Source of the DNA: Candidatus Binatia bacterium
GTDB taxonomy: Bacteria; Desulfobacterota; Binatia; Bin18
Assembly (NCBI GenBank): GCA_963666315.2
Contig: CAXXHG010000032.1
Coordinates: 1-64,000, forward strand
Direction of reading: 5' to 3'
DNA: 64,000 nucleotides
Part shown: positions 9,516 through 19,316 of the stretch, piece after piece
Numbering within the stretch: the first letter of the stretch is position 1
Layout: every line of letters starts with the position of its first letter
The notes under the pieces: model-generated
Told to the model about the DNA's origin: nothing
Database searches by the model: none
Seen by the model: the letters and a program-made list of their open reading frames with translations, nothing else
Made by a program: the position numbers and the translations under genes

Positions 9516-11366
9516 CTATAACTGTTGCGCCAGCTCAAGGTACCGGCAGAATCCATTCGCCATCTTCATCTGCCGCGACGTTTTGCATTCCGGTTCGAAA
9601 AGCGTTGGGCCGCCCACCAAGATGCATACGGCTTTGGCCCGGGACGTGGCAACATTGAACCGGTGCCGGTCGTACAGGCACTCCATGCCGCGCGGAGCGT
9701 CTTTCGGGCTCGAAGACGTCATAGAGTAAATGACAACCGGAGCTTCCTGGCCCTGGAAACGATCGACCGTGCCGATGCGGTCGTTGAACGTGGGAAGTGC
9801 CTCGATTAACGTCGCAACTTGCGCGTTATAGGGTGCAACGATGAGAACGTGTCGCTCCGTCAGCGTTGCGACGACGCCTTTTTGGTTTCGCCAGCGTGCG
9901 GTGTGTCCAGGAGTTCTGCGACGATCGCAGCTATGGCTTCCACTTCTTCAGGTAATTTGGCCTGATTTCCCGTGTGGGGTACAGCCACGAATCGTAGGCC
10001 AGACCCCGAAAATCGCGACTCTTCGCCTGATACAGGAACAATAGCCTGATGAATCAGCTCTGGCCGGGCAGTAACTTTCCCTTCGTAATAAATCTCTGAG
10101 GTGAACCGGGCAATATCGGGATGCAGACGATACGTCTCACCGAGAAATAAGCCCTTGTTCGCCGGCATGGTATTGGCGCCGTCTAGCAGATGATAGAGGG
10201 CCGACACTTCGCTTCCGTCGGGATGGCTGCTCAGTATCGGTTGTTCCAGTTGCTGTGGATCACCCAGTAATATCAGCCCTTTTCCGCCTGGCCCACTGGC
10301 TAACACAGTACTGAGCGCCATCTGACCAGCTTCGTCTACGATCAGGACATCGACACTGTGTTCGAAGTTTGGTTGAACCCAACACCAGGCCATGGCGCCT
10401 AACACATCGATACTCCCGTCCGTAAGCTCACGTCGAATGGATTCATAGTCCATCTTGTTCGTGATGTCCCATTTTCCTTCGTATTCTCCCTCATGACGAT
10501 GCACGACAGAGAGATTCAGCCCCTGTTTTTCTGCTTCCGCTGCCGCACTTTCCAGAAAATTCACAATGACTTTATGGCTGACGGCTGTGACACCGACTTT
10601 CAGACCGTGCCGTTGTAGCGCACAGATCATCCGGGCACCACTGTACGTTTTTCCCGTTCCCGGTGGACCTTGAATGGCAAGAACGTGACCGTCTAAGTGC
10701 AGGGCAAGGCGGCATGCCGCCTCCACCGTCGTCTCGTGCTGTCGCTGGAGGGCGCCATCAGTGCCTACCAAAGGTGACGACCGCCGCAGTAGTAACTCAA
10801 GGGCGGGCTTATACGGCGACCGTGCGGCAAAGCCGTTCTCCAGCACACAGTTCGTACATGTTCTCCGGCCGTACGCCTTGAAGCTTTTCAACGAGGTAAG
10901 AATACACGCACAGCTGGAGAATCGTACTTGCCCTCGTCTCGCGAGCCAGCTTCGTATCGATCACGGTGTATGACCAGTCGCCGAGGTCGCTGGGCGTGCT
11001 GATTTTACGAAGGAAGTCAGCCTGGCCGCGCCAGGCATCATCCGCCAGTACGGCTTGATAGATGATGTCCTTGCCCTCACGCATTACCGCGAGGGTTCCG
11101 GCGACGCCGGACGGCGAATCTATGTGATCCGCGTCCGGACTTTCCATATCGGCGATGGAGTATCCTTGGTCTCGCAAATGCTCCAGGTACTTTCCCTCGT
11201 GCGCCTGACCCCGCGCTCGGAGTTCGTCCATGAACGGTCCATGGCGAACAGGCCGTTTTGCCAATCCATTGGCTGCACGCGAATCAAGTGAAGACAGGTA
11301 CCGGCAACTGAGGAAGTAGCCCAGATCTGTCGGGGCGAGAGAGATTCTGTCGGATCTCCTATGCAT
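9516..11366 (-). pseudogene. TM0106-family RecB-like nuclease / SF1 helicase, internally deleted and frameshifted
   Basis: GQADFL..DTKLA (PD-(D/E)XK); IQGPPGTGKT, VDEAGQ, LGDPQQL, YRLHPDI, RFNVATSRAK spread over three frames. Confidence 0.88.
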
Positions 11367-11585
11367 CGGGCTCCTTTGTGACGATCAATGCCTCAAGTGG
11401 TAAGCTCCTTGTCGTTTACGGATGATCCATAGTACTTTACGAAACTGGGGGGCAAGGGCCTTGAGCCCTCACGTGATTATTCATGATGTTTTTCTGGTCG
11501 GGTAGCCTGTACGGGCCGGTGAAACGTGTTTCGCTGATTGGAGGCTGCCTCACAAGCTTGGTGGAGAGGGACAGGGAGGGACCTG

Positions 11586-11849
11586 ATGCTAGACGAAGTT
11601 CGCCTGTGGCGGATTGGACCTGACGAGACCCTAAGCGAGATCCAGCATGCAGCGCTTGACCTTGAAGCGCGCCTTCAGGAGTGGCTTGCCCGAGACATAT
11701 CTGTCTTGGATCCCGGACTGCTCGTCATCGGTCGAGAGGCCGAGACGGATTTCGGCGGCTATATCGACCTTCTCTGTATCAACGCAGTCGGCGACCTCGT
11801 CGTGATTGAACTCAAGCGAGACAAGACTCCTCGGGAGATTACTGCCTGA
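11586..11849 (+). pseudogene. NucS/EndoMS-like endonuclease domain, truncated
   Basis: LEARLQEWL...GRE..TDFGGYIDLLC...LVVIELKRDKTPRE then stop. Confidence 0.75.
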
Positions 11850-11986
11850 GCACAACCCGTGCCACCCGCTCAGGAACGAGCACGCTCTCTCTGTAATACC
11901 AGTTATTGCAACAGGTTACGGCGTTGGACCGCGGTGGAGGCCGACACACGGGTGCCCAGCGGTCTCATCCGTCGGGACAGTTCTGA

Positions 11987-12021
11987 TATATCGTTTTGAT
12001 TAGTTATGGCGAAACGATATA
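11987..12021. repeat. Perfect 10-bp inverted repeat with 15-bp spacer
   Basis: TATATCGTTT-N15-AAACGATATA in an AT-rich intergenic patch. Confidence 0.55.
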
Positions 12022-12439
12022 GCCGCTTGAGGTAGCCAATCAGCGCGGCGGTCTTGTGGCGGATATCTTTCACGTATTCGCTCCAACCAGAGCTATGAGG
12101 CGAATACGGCTCACCCGCTGTATACTCCCCGCATGGCGCACTAACAAACGCGCCCGATGGTGCGGGTTGAGCCGGAGTAGACGCCGAGAGGTCTGCGAAT
12201 AACCGCTCGCAGAAGAAGCTTCAACTAACGTTGTCGACCGTCGGAACTTCGGAGGGCAACTGAGGCGTATCTGGTTTAGCGCCCGCCTCGCCCTCACAAT
12301 TTCGCGTTCGTACGGAAGTGACTAAGATGTCTTGGCGTGGTATTGGAAACGCCTTGGCGATCGTGTACCGTGTCACTGATCAACGGCCGCAGACACGGAC
12401 GCGGCTCGTTAGTTAACTCTGGCGATGGAAGGAGAACCC

Positions 12440-12733
12440 ATGGGCGTTGCCGTTTTACTCGAGATGCACATCAAGCCGGAATGCATTGACGATGTCAAAG
12501 CGTTTATGAAAGACAATCTGGACGATACGCGGTCTTACGAGGGATGCCAAGGTTTGGACGTCTATGACAACATGGACGAAACCGGAAACCTCGTGATCTA
12601 CGAACGTTGGGATTCGCGCCCCCATTACGAAAGATATTTTGCCTGGCGTACGGATAGCGGCGCCCTCGATCGAATGGCGCCGATGTTAAAAAAGCCCCTG
12701 AGTATTCGGTATTTCGAGCCCGTCGACGTCTGA
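12440..12733 (+). CDS. Antibiotic biosynthesis monooxygenase (ABM) family protein
   Basis: GGAG RBS; TRSYEGC...IYERWDSRPHYERY. Confidence 0.88.
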   Translation: MGVAVLLEMHIKPECIDDVKAFMKDNLDDTRSYEGCQGLDVYDNMDETGNLVIYERWDSRPHYERYFAWRTDSGALDRMAPMLKKPLSIRYFEPVDV

Positions 12734-12779
12734 GGGCGGTACAATTGTTCGAGGCTGCCTGCCGAGTTTCTTAGTCAGG

Positions 12780-13422
12780 CTACGCCTCGGGATTGTTTAC
12801 CGTTGACTGCTCAGCAAGGTGACAGCCGGAGTCTTCAACGTCGGAGGCAGGTATAGCATCCAGTCTGTTTTTCACATTAACGTGGACGTTACGGATTTCG
12901 CACGCTGGCGTTCCCATTGGGAAACATTGTTTTCGGTTTCCGGCCGATGCATGCCGAACACCCACGATACGGCAAAGTCTTGTGAGCGCTCGACTCCTCC
13001 ACTGCCAGTGATGAGGTTCACGGTGGCCCGGCTCTACGAGCTTTTTGTGGCTGAATGGTTCAAGGTTCACCTGCCTTCGCATGTTGCTCTCAAGGCGCAG
13101 GAGTGGGTCAGCATGGGTGGATCACGACGGTCTGCACTTCAATATCGACTTAGTCCTCTATGATCTCAAACTAGATCAAGCCCTGTGCGTATTAGATACG
13201 AAATACAAGACGACACGAACTCCTAGTGCAGACGACGTTGCACAGGTGGTCGCGTATGCTGAGGCGAAAGGATGTCATGAAGCACTTCTCGTGTATCCGA
13301 CCTCGCTAATTGAGCAGCTTGATGAAAGAGTCGGGAACATCCGGGTGCGAAGCGTAAGCTTCGCACTGGACGGGGATCTTGAGAAAGCTGGGGATGAATT
13401 TCTACGAGGAGCATTGCGCTGA
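12780..13422 (+). pseudogene. mcrC: McrC-family restriction subunit, C-terminal remnant
   Basis: ARLYELFVAEW / IDLVLYD...VLDTKYK...DVAQVVAYA...LVYP, split by a frameshift; no mcrB. Confidence 0.8.
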
Positions 13423-13529
13423 CGAGGGATTAATCCTTACCGGCGCTCTCTTTGGAACGTGTTTCTTGAAGAACGACGATTCATCGGGACCACTTTTTCG
13501 GGTAAACGAGTGATCTATGTATCAGACTC

Positions 13530-15094
13530 TCACGATGCATCGCGGATAGGAGCAATCCCCAGCCCTTCCCGCTGCCAGCGCTTATACCCTTTGACTAACC
13601 AGCTGCGAACCCCCTGTGCCTCTCGGTCATCTAATATCAGATGTAGGCTCCGACGCCGGTCTCTCACCGGAACACTCCCTGGACACGGAACCAGCTCAAC
13701 ACACTGCTTTATTATCTCATCCCAATCATCACAGCGTGGCTGTCCCTCGACCGCAACGAAAAGCGTGCTGCATGGTGCAGTACCGAGGAGAGCTTCATAT
13801 GGAGCGAGTGTGCTCCTACCATCTCCCCTTATGAGCTGGTTTAGGGCGCTTGTGTCTAAACGACTATCACCAGATTTCCCTGTATAGAGGAATCTGACCC
13901 CCTGCAGCGAAGCCAAATCTATCCCACGTAGACCTGCGCTACCGAGAAATGGAGCGAGATCCAATCGCTGCGCGTATTTCCCAAGCACCAGGCCAATAGT
14001 CTGGAGGAGTGTCGCCGTTTCTTTCGCTCCGCTCCCGTAGAGGACAAACATGCTTGGTGCATCGGGATCTCCGGTCATTGCGGAGCCTAAGCAGCGTTGT
14101 AGGTATTCGATGCGCTGCGAGTCGCCGTCGCATAGATAGTCCACGAGCTGTTCAAAACGTGGACACTCGGCGTTTGGATCATAAGGAGCATCTGTGACTT
14201 TGGTAATGAGATCCCTACGATCATGATCTTTGCATAATCCAGACTGCAGATTGGGGTTCCGTTCGGACAGTTGAGGAGCAAGAGATCAGCGTCAAATTGG
14301 TCAGTTGTGATCGTGATTTGCGGATCCTGGGACGCGAGTGAGAGCATAGCGTCGATGCGCCTGCTGACATACACCTCCTCTGGCCAACATCGCGCAAGGT
14401 GCGTGTTCGTGCAGATTTCCCCCGAACTTTGCTCCGCCGTGAACACTCTCTCGGTTTCCTCCCTGCGACGATCCAGCGTTTTGGAGGCTAATATTCTAAC
14501 CCCGGTAGTTTGATCCTCCTTGAACCGGCTTTTACTCCTACGCCACCATTTTTGGGATTCCGTGCAGAACCGGACTTCGGTTCCATACGCATCCAGGAAC
14601 ATCTGTGCATTTCCGAGATCTGTGCAGGCGTAGGGAGGCAGCGGGGGTGAAAATTTCTGTGCGTATTCCTCCGCGACCTTCTGTACTTCTTCCGCTGACA
14701 GTTGCTCTCCAGGAACAGGTGGACATGTACTGAAGTAGTCGTTCCACATTCGCACCCACTCTTCATACGTTGGTGCTGCGTTGGCTGCATTCCTGTCGGA
14801 GCGTCCCTCCCTTCCATAGTTTTCGTTCCCTTTTTCCTGGGCGCGGCGTTTTCGCGCATCAGAGGCACGAAAGCTCTGGAGCTTCTTGGTGAGCCAGGCA
14901 ATCTGGCTGTCTAAGGCGGCGTCCTCTGAAGCAGTCTGTTTCCTCTGCCCCCGCAGCCACTCATAAAAACAAAACGGGGGGAGCACATCTGTCATCCTCT
15001 CTGCTTCTGCCCGCTTTTCCGCCGGCGAAAGATCAGGATCAGATCGCAGTATGCTGCGCCATAAGCGCAGACTCTCAGCACGCGTGATCATCAA
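13530..15094 (-). pseudogene. P4-family/D5-like primase-helicase, frameshifted, degenerate Walker A
   Basis: CTDLGNAQMF, FDADLLLLNCPNGT (D5_N); YLQRCLGSAMTG...VLYGSGAKETATLL where GxGxNGKST is expected. Confidence 0.8.
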
Positions 15095-15252
15095 GCCTTG
15101 TTCGTTACAGATAGCGGGATAGCACCTTGGAGTTGTTTCATTGTCTTAAAAGTCTGCACGGCGATCAGTACGACTGGAGAGTCTCGTTCACTAAGCCAAC
15201 ACGCGAGTGCTCCCGTCCGGTCTTATGGCTCAGGAAACACCTCGCCTTTGAG

Positions 15253-15281
15253 TTGTCCTCTGCCTCATTTCCTGCTCTTAT
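15253..15281 (+). promoter_or_regulatory. Putative sigma70 promoter shared with 19258-19286
   Basis: TTGTCC-17 nt-TCTTAT with TG extension; CATTTCCTGCTCTTATC is identical at 15266 and 19271. Confidence 0.5.
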
Positions 15282-15309
15282 CTCCCCAGGGTCAGGGGGA
15301 GACTCAGCG

Positions 15310-15782
15310 GTGAAATTCTCTGACATTATTGATCAAGCCAGTGCGTTGCTCCAGCGGAAGGGGCGTATCACAAACGGGGCACTGAAGCGGGAATTTGATC
15401 TTGATGACGCCGCCTTTGAAGACCTTAAGGCTTGCGGTCGGAATTTCTTGCCTTATTGGCCGAGGCCTACGGGAAGGGAGGACAAGCCGAGGAGGGGCTC
15501 AGGACGGTGACCGAGGCGTTGGCATTCGTCGAGAAAACGGAGGAGCGTTTCTGTGAGGCGGAGTTGCGTCGGCTCCAGGGCGAACTCCTCCTCCAACAAT
15601 CCCCGGACAATGCCACGGAAGCCGAAGCCTGTTTCCAAAAAGCCCTCGACCTTGCTCAACACCAACAAGCCAAATCGTGGGAACTGCTCGCCCCAGTCTA
15701 CGACTGGTTCACCGAAGGCTTTGATACGGCGGACCTTAAAGACGCGAAGGCCTTGTTAGATGAATTAGCGGAGGGTGGTTGA
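15310..15782 (+). pseudogene. Adenylate cyclase/AAA-ATPase/TPR gene collapsed to N-terminus plus TPR tail
   Basis: VKFSDIIDQASALLQRKGRI...FEDLK joined out of frame to FLALLAEAYG...AKSWEL|[14 protein letters not shown]. Confidence 0.88.
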
Positions 15783-15869
15783 TGGACGTCTATGAGGTCG
15801 TCGACCAAGTCGCCGCCCTTTTACATAAACGGGGGCGGGTTACGTATCGGTCACTCCAGTACCAGCTGA
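15782..15869 (+). pseudogene. Next tandem cyclase/STAND gene, N-terminal stump
   Basis: TGATG overlap; MDVYEVVDQVAALLHKRGRVTYRSLQYQL*. Confidence 0.75.
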
Positions 15870-15882
15870 TAGGAGACGCACA

Positions 15883-17058
15883 ATGAACGATTCCACAGCC
15901 CTTGGTGGCCAGCCGCTTGCGGGTGTCAGAGTGATTGAATTTTGTAATGTGGCGGCAGGGCCGTTCTGCGGCATGTTGTTAGCAGACCTGGGCGCGGACG
16001 TGGTCAAGGTCGAGCCGCGACAGGGGGACGCCCTGCGTCAGTGGCCGCCATTCACGAAGGGGTTTAGCGAGAACTTTGCCTCGCTCAATCGTAATAAGCG
16101 CTCCATTGCGCTCAACTTAAAGGATGCAGTCGACAAGAACGTGGCCCGCCAACTGATCCAGCACGCGGACGTTGTGATCGAGAACAACCGGCCCGGAGTG
16201 ATGGCGCGTCTGAGGCTGGGCTATGAGGATTTTGCTGAGACACGCCCCAACCTGATCTACTGCTCAATGTCAGCCTTTGGGCAACGCGGCCCGCGTGCCC
16301 TGCAGGGTGGCTTCGATGTGACCATACAAGGCATCTCAGGCATCATGAGTGTGACCGGAGAGCCGGATGGTGCGCCCGTCAAATGTGGTGTGCCGTTATC
16401 CGATTTTTCAGCTGGTCTGTACGCGGCCTTTGCCATTTCGTCCTTGCTTGCTCGTGTCAGAGCAGGCGGACCGGGAGGCTGTATCGATGTGCCGATGATG
16501 GGAGTGAGTTTAGCAATTGCCGCGCTTCAAACCAGCGAATTTTTCGGCACCGGACAGGACCCGCGGAAACTCGGCGCCGCGCATCCGCGCAATGCGCCGT
16601 ATGACGCCTTCCGAGCCAGGGACGGCTATTTCGTACTGGCCGCTGGCAATAATAAGTTGTGGCAGAGTGTGTGCGAGGTGGTCGGGCGTGGGGATCTCGT
16701 TGATGATCCCCGCTTTGTTACTACTTCTGACCGGGCTGCCAATCAGACCCTGCTCAAAGAAATCCTTGAGGCGATATTCGCCACACGTACCGCGGCTCAT
16801 TGGCTTGAGACCTTTGAAGCCCGCGGGGTGCCGTGTGGCCCCATACACACCTACTCGCAAGCGCTGTCAGATGCTCAGGTTGTTGAGATGGGCTGGGTCC
16901 AGCCGCTGCGGCTGCCCAATGGTGAAACGACCCGGACGTTCGCCTCACCGCTACGGATAGACGGAATCCGCCCGTCAATTCGCAACGGGCCACCTGGGCT
17001 TGATGCGCATCGGAGTGAGATTATCCGCGAGGTTGAGGCCCAACGCTTAGAGGAGTGA
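15883..17058 (+). CDS. Family III CoA-transferase (CaiB/BaiF)
   Basis: PLAGVRVIE...AGPFCGMLLADLGADVVKVE, NRNKRSI, ENNRPG. Confidence 0.95.
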   Translation: MNDSTALGGQPLAGVRVIEFCNVAAGPFCGMLLADLGADVVKVEPRQGDALRQWPPFTKGFSENFASLNRNKRSIALNLKDAVDKNVARQLIQHADVVIENNRPGVMARLRLGYEDFAETRPNLIYCSMSAFGQRGPRALQGGFDVTIQGISGIMSVTGEPDGAPVKCGVPLSDFSAGLYAAFAISSLLARVRAGGPGGCIDVPMMGVSLAIAALQTSEFFGTGQDPRKLGAAHPRNAPYDAFRARDGYFVLAAGNNKLWQSVCEVVGRGDLVDDPRFVTTSDRAANQTLLKEILEAIFATRTAAHWLETFEARGVPCGPIHTYSQALSDAQVVEMGWVQPLRLPNGETTRTFASPLRIDGIRPSIRNGPPGLDAHRSEIIREVEAQRLEE

Positions 17059-17094
17059 GATGCAAAGCCCGCCCCCAGCGCATATTACAACCGC

Positions 17095-17250
17095 AGGTTT
17101 TCGGAACATCCCCGCACAAAGAGCGGTAAAATATCCAAACCCGCGGTCTGCGACGTGATCCACGGTCGACCGATCAAGAACGTGACCTCCCTCGCCAACC
17201 CGGCGGCGCTGGAGTTGTCCAAGGATATTCAGCTCCTTCAGGAAGATTGA
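17095..17250 (+). pseudogene. Acetoacetate-CoA ligase C-terminal stump
   Basis: IPRTKSGKI..AV.DVIHGRPIKNVTSLANPAALEL. Confidence 0.65.
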
Positions 17251-17416
17251 TCGGTCTGCAGAAGAACTCCGTCAACAAACATCTGGATGATAAGCCAAAG
17301 GGACCGTCAAGTTCTTGATCCCTTGTGAAGCGTAGCTATGGGGTACAGGAATCACGGTATGCCGTCCCGTACCACAAGTCTCTCAATGCCCGAGTTGATC
17401 GTTCGGCCGGGTCAGG

Positions 17417-18604
17417 TCAACGCAGCCGGTCGTCCCCGCTGTGTGGGAGTGCGTGCCGTAATCCGGCTTGCTGCATGAGTGGCAAGACGGCTTCGATAAA
17501 ATAGTCAAGGTCCGGCACAAAGTCGAAGAAATTGACCTGAACACCGTCAACACCAGCCTGGCGTAGGCGTACGAACCACTCCACCACCATCGCCGGTGTG
17601 CCCACGAGATGGAGGTTGCCGCCGACCGCCCAATCCAGGGCGCTATGCTGACGCCACGAAGACTGGTCGCCACCCATGAACGCGTTGAAGAAGTGTGACA
17701 ACGCTTCTTCATCACGCTCATCACGGATGCGCCTGTACCATGCCTGGGCCTCTTGCTCGGTGGGTCTACAGATGACATGCGGATTGACGAGGATCTTGAC
17801 CTCACGGCCCTTTGCCCGTGCTTGCGCCTTGATACTGGCAATGTGCTGGGGTAAGGACGCGCACGCCTTGTCCGGATCAGCTCCCGTGGGCGAGGTGGCA
17901 AAGATGATATCGACGTGACTCGTGGCGTAGTCCATACCGGCCGGCGACGAGCCTGCGCTGACCAGCACGGGTAAACCGTTGACGGGTTTGGGCGAGACGA
18001 AAGCGCCCGCTGTCTTGTACCATCTGCCGGCGTACTCCAGGTTCTCCTCCTCGGTCCACAGCCGCTTCATCAGTGCGGTGAATTCGTCTGCCATGGCGTA
18101 GCGCTGGTCGTGCGGGACTGGGTCAGAACCAAACATGCGGCTTTCGTGCGGTCTATAGCCGGTCACCACATTCAGGCCCCAGCGGCCTCCACTGATATGG
18201 TCAATGACTGCCCCGTATTTGGCGATATGTAAGGGATGCCAGCCGTAGAGCACGTGGACCGTTGAGATCAGCAGCACATTGTGGGTCAGCGGCGCGAGCG
18301 CGGCACTGGTGATGAAGGGATCGATCGAGTTCTCGCGAAAACGAATGTCTCCACCATAGCCGCCCTTGCCGAGCCAGGTGGCAAGGGCGAACACCAAATC
18401 AAAGCCAGCCTCGTCGACTCGAACCGCGAGTTCAGCATTGTACTCAAAGGTCCACGAGGTATTTCGTGGTGCTTTCGATGGCGTCCAGGCGCCTTGTTGG
18501 TGGGGCAAAAACAGCCCCAGCATAAGAGGTTGGCGCACAGCTCGCTCGAACGACGTTAGGCCATCGAGCTGCTGCAGACGTGGTGCCGAGCTGATGCGTG
18601 CCAT
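17417..18604 (-). CDS. LLM class monooxygenase (SfnG/SsuD-like)
   Basis: DHISGGRWGLNVVTG, AGSSPAG, LVGTP; probable start MARISS at 18604. Confidence 0.9.
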   Translation of the reverse strand: MARISSAPRLQQLDGLTSFERAVRQPLMLGLFLPHQQGAWTPSKAPRNTSWTFEYNAELAVRVDEAGFDLVFALATWLGKGGYGGDIRFRENSIDPFITSAALAPLTHNVLLISTVHVLYGWHPLHIAKYGAVIDHISGGRWGLNVVTGYRPHESRMFGSDPVPHDQRYAMADEFTALMKRLWTEEENLEYAGRWYKTAGAFVSPKPVNGLPVLVSAGSSPAGMDYATSHVDIIFATSPTGADPDKACASLPQHIASIKAQARAKGREVKILVNPHVICRPTEQEAQAWYRRIRDERDEEALSHFFNAFMGGDQSSWRQHSALDWAVGGNLHLVGTPAMVVEWFVRLRQAGVDGVQVNFFDFVPDLDYFIEAVLPLMQQAGLRHALPHSGDDRLR

Positions 18605-19074
18605 AGGTCTCTCATGCCGCCAGGTGCACTGTGACAGAGCCGGATGCGACCTGCGCTGGAATGCGTCGAGGCAGAAGATAAGGATTTCGCCCGTGCTTTG
18701 CAAGCCTACCACGGGGTCCTGTCAAGTTATTGGGACAGAGCACGTACCTCGCTGAGTGTGAGTGAGGATGGGGATCAGCCTCAGGCTGCTTCCCGCCCTG
18801 TTGCCCCCTCTCTCTAGGGCGAAAAGGCCTTGTCTCGAAACAATCGGTGATGGGCCATCTTGATCGGGTGCCGCCCTCCCAAAAACGACGATTGCCGGTG
18901 ACTCAAGGAAATTCTTGCTGCCGTTTTTGCTGCCAGTACACGACGTAGCTCTTAATCATCCTCAATCGCACTCAGTGATAGCAGAATGCACGTAACGTCC
19001 TGGTTCATCTATGGTTCCGTTGTTCCTCTATCTCTCCATCACACTCAGTCGCACTAGGTAATCCTGACATCTCA

Positions 19075-19119
19075 TGAATGGCATTCAAGAGGTCGTGAGT
19101 TCAATTCTCATCGGCTCCA
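19075..19119 (+). mobile_element. 3' part of tRNA-Ala(GGC), att-site scar
   Basis: TGAATGGCATTCAAGAGGTCGTGAGTTCAATTCTCATCGGCTCCA: anticodon arm GGC, T-arm GTGAG-TTCAATT-CTCAT, acceptor 3' strand; no 5' half. Confidence 0.8.
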
Positions 19120-19316
19120 TTTCTTTTCTCCCTCATTTCCAATAGCTTACGAGTTCCTGCTTTGGCCCATTTCTGCCCTGAATCGGCGGGTGGCTGTAGT
19201 GATGGCTGTTGGGAATCAAAAGAGAGCGTACATGGTCGCGGTTTCGTCGACGTCGAGTTGTTCTCTTAGCCATTTCCTGCTCTTATCGGCGCAGATCTAG
19301 CAGTGGAGTCCCAGCG

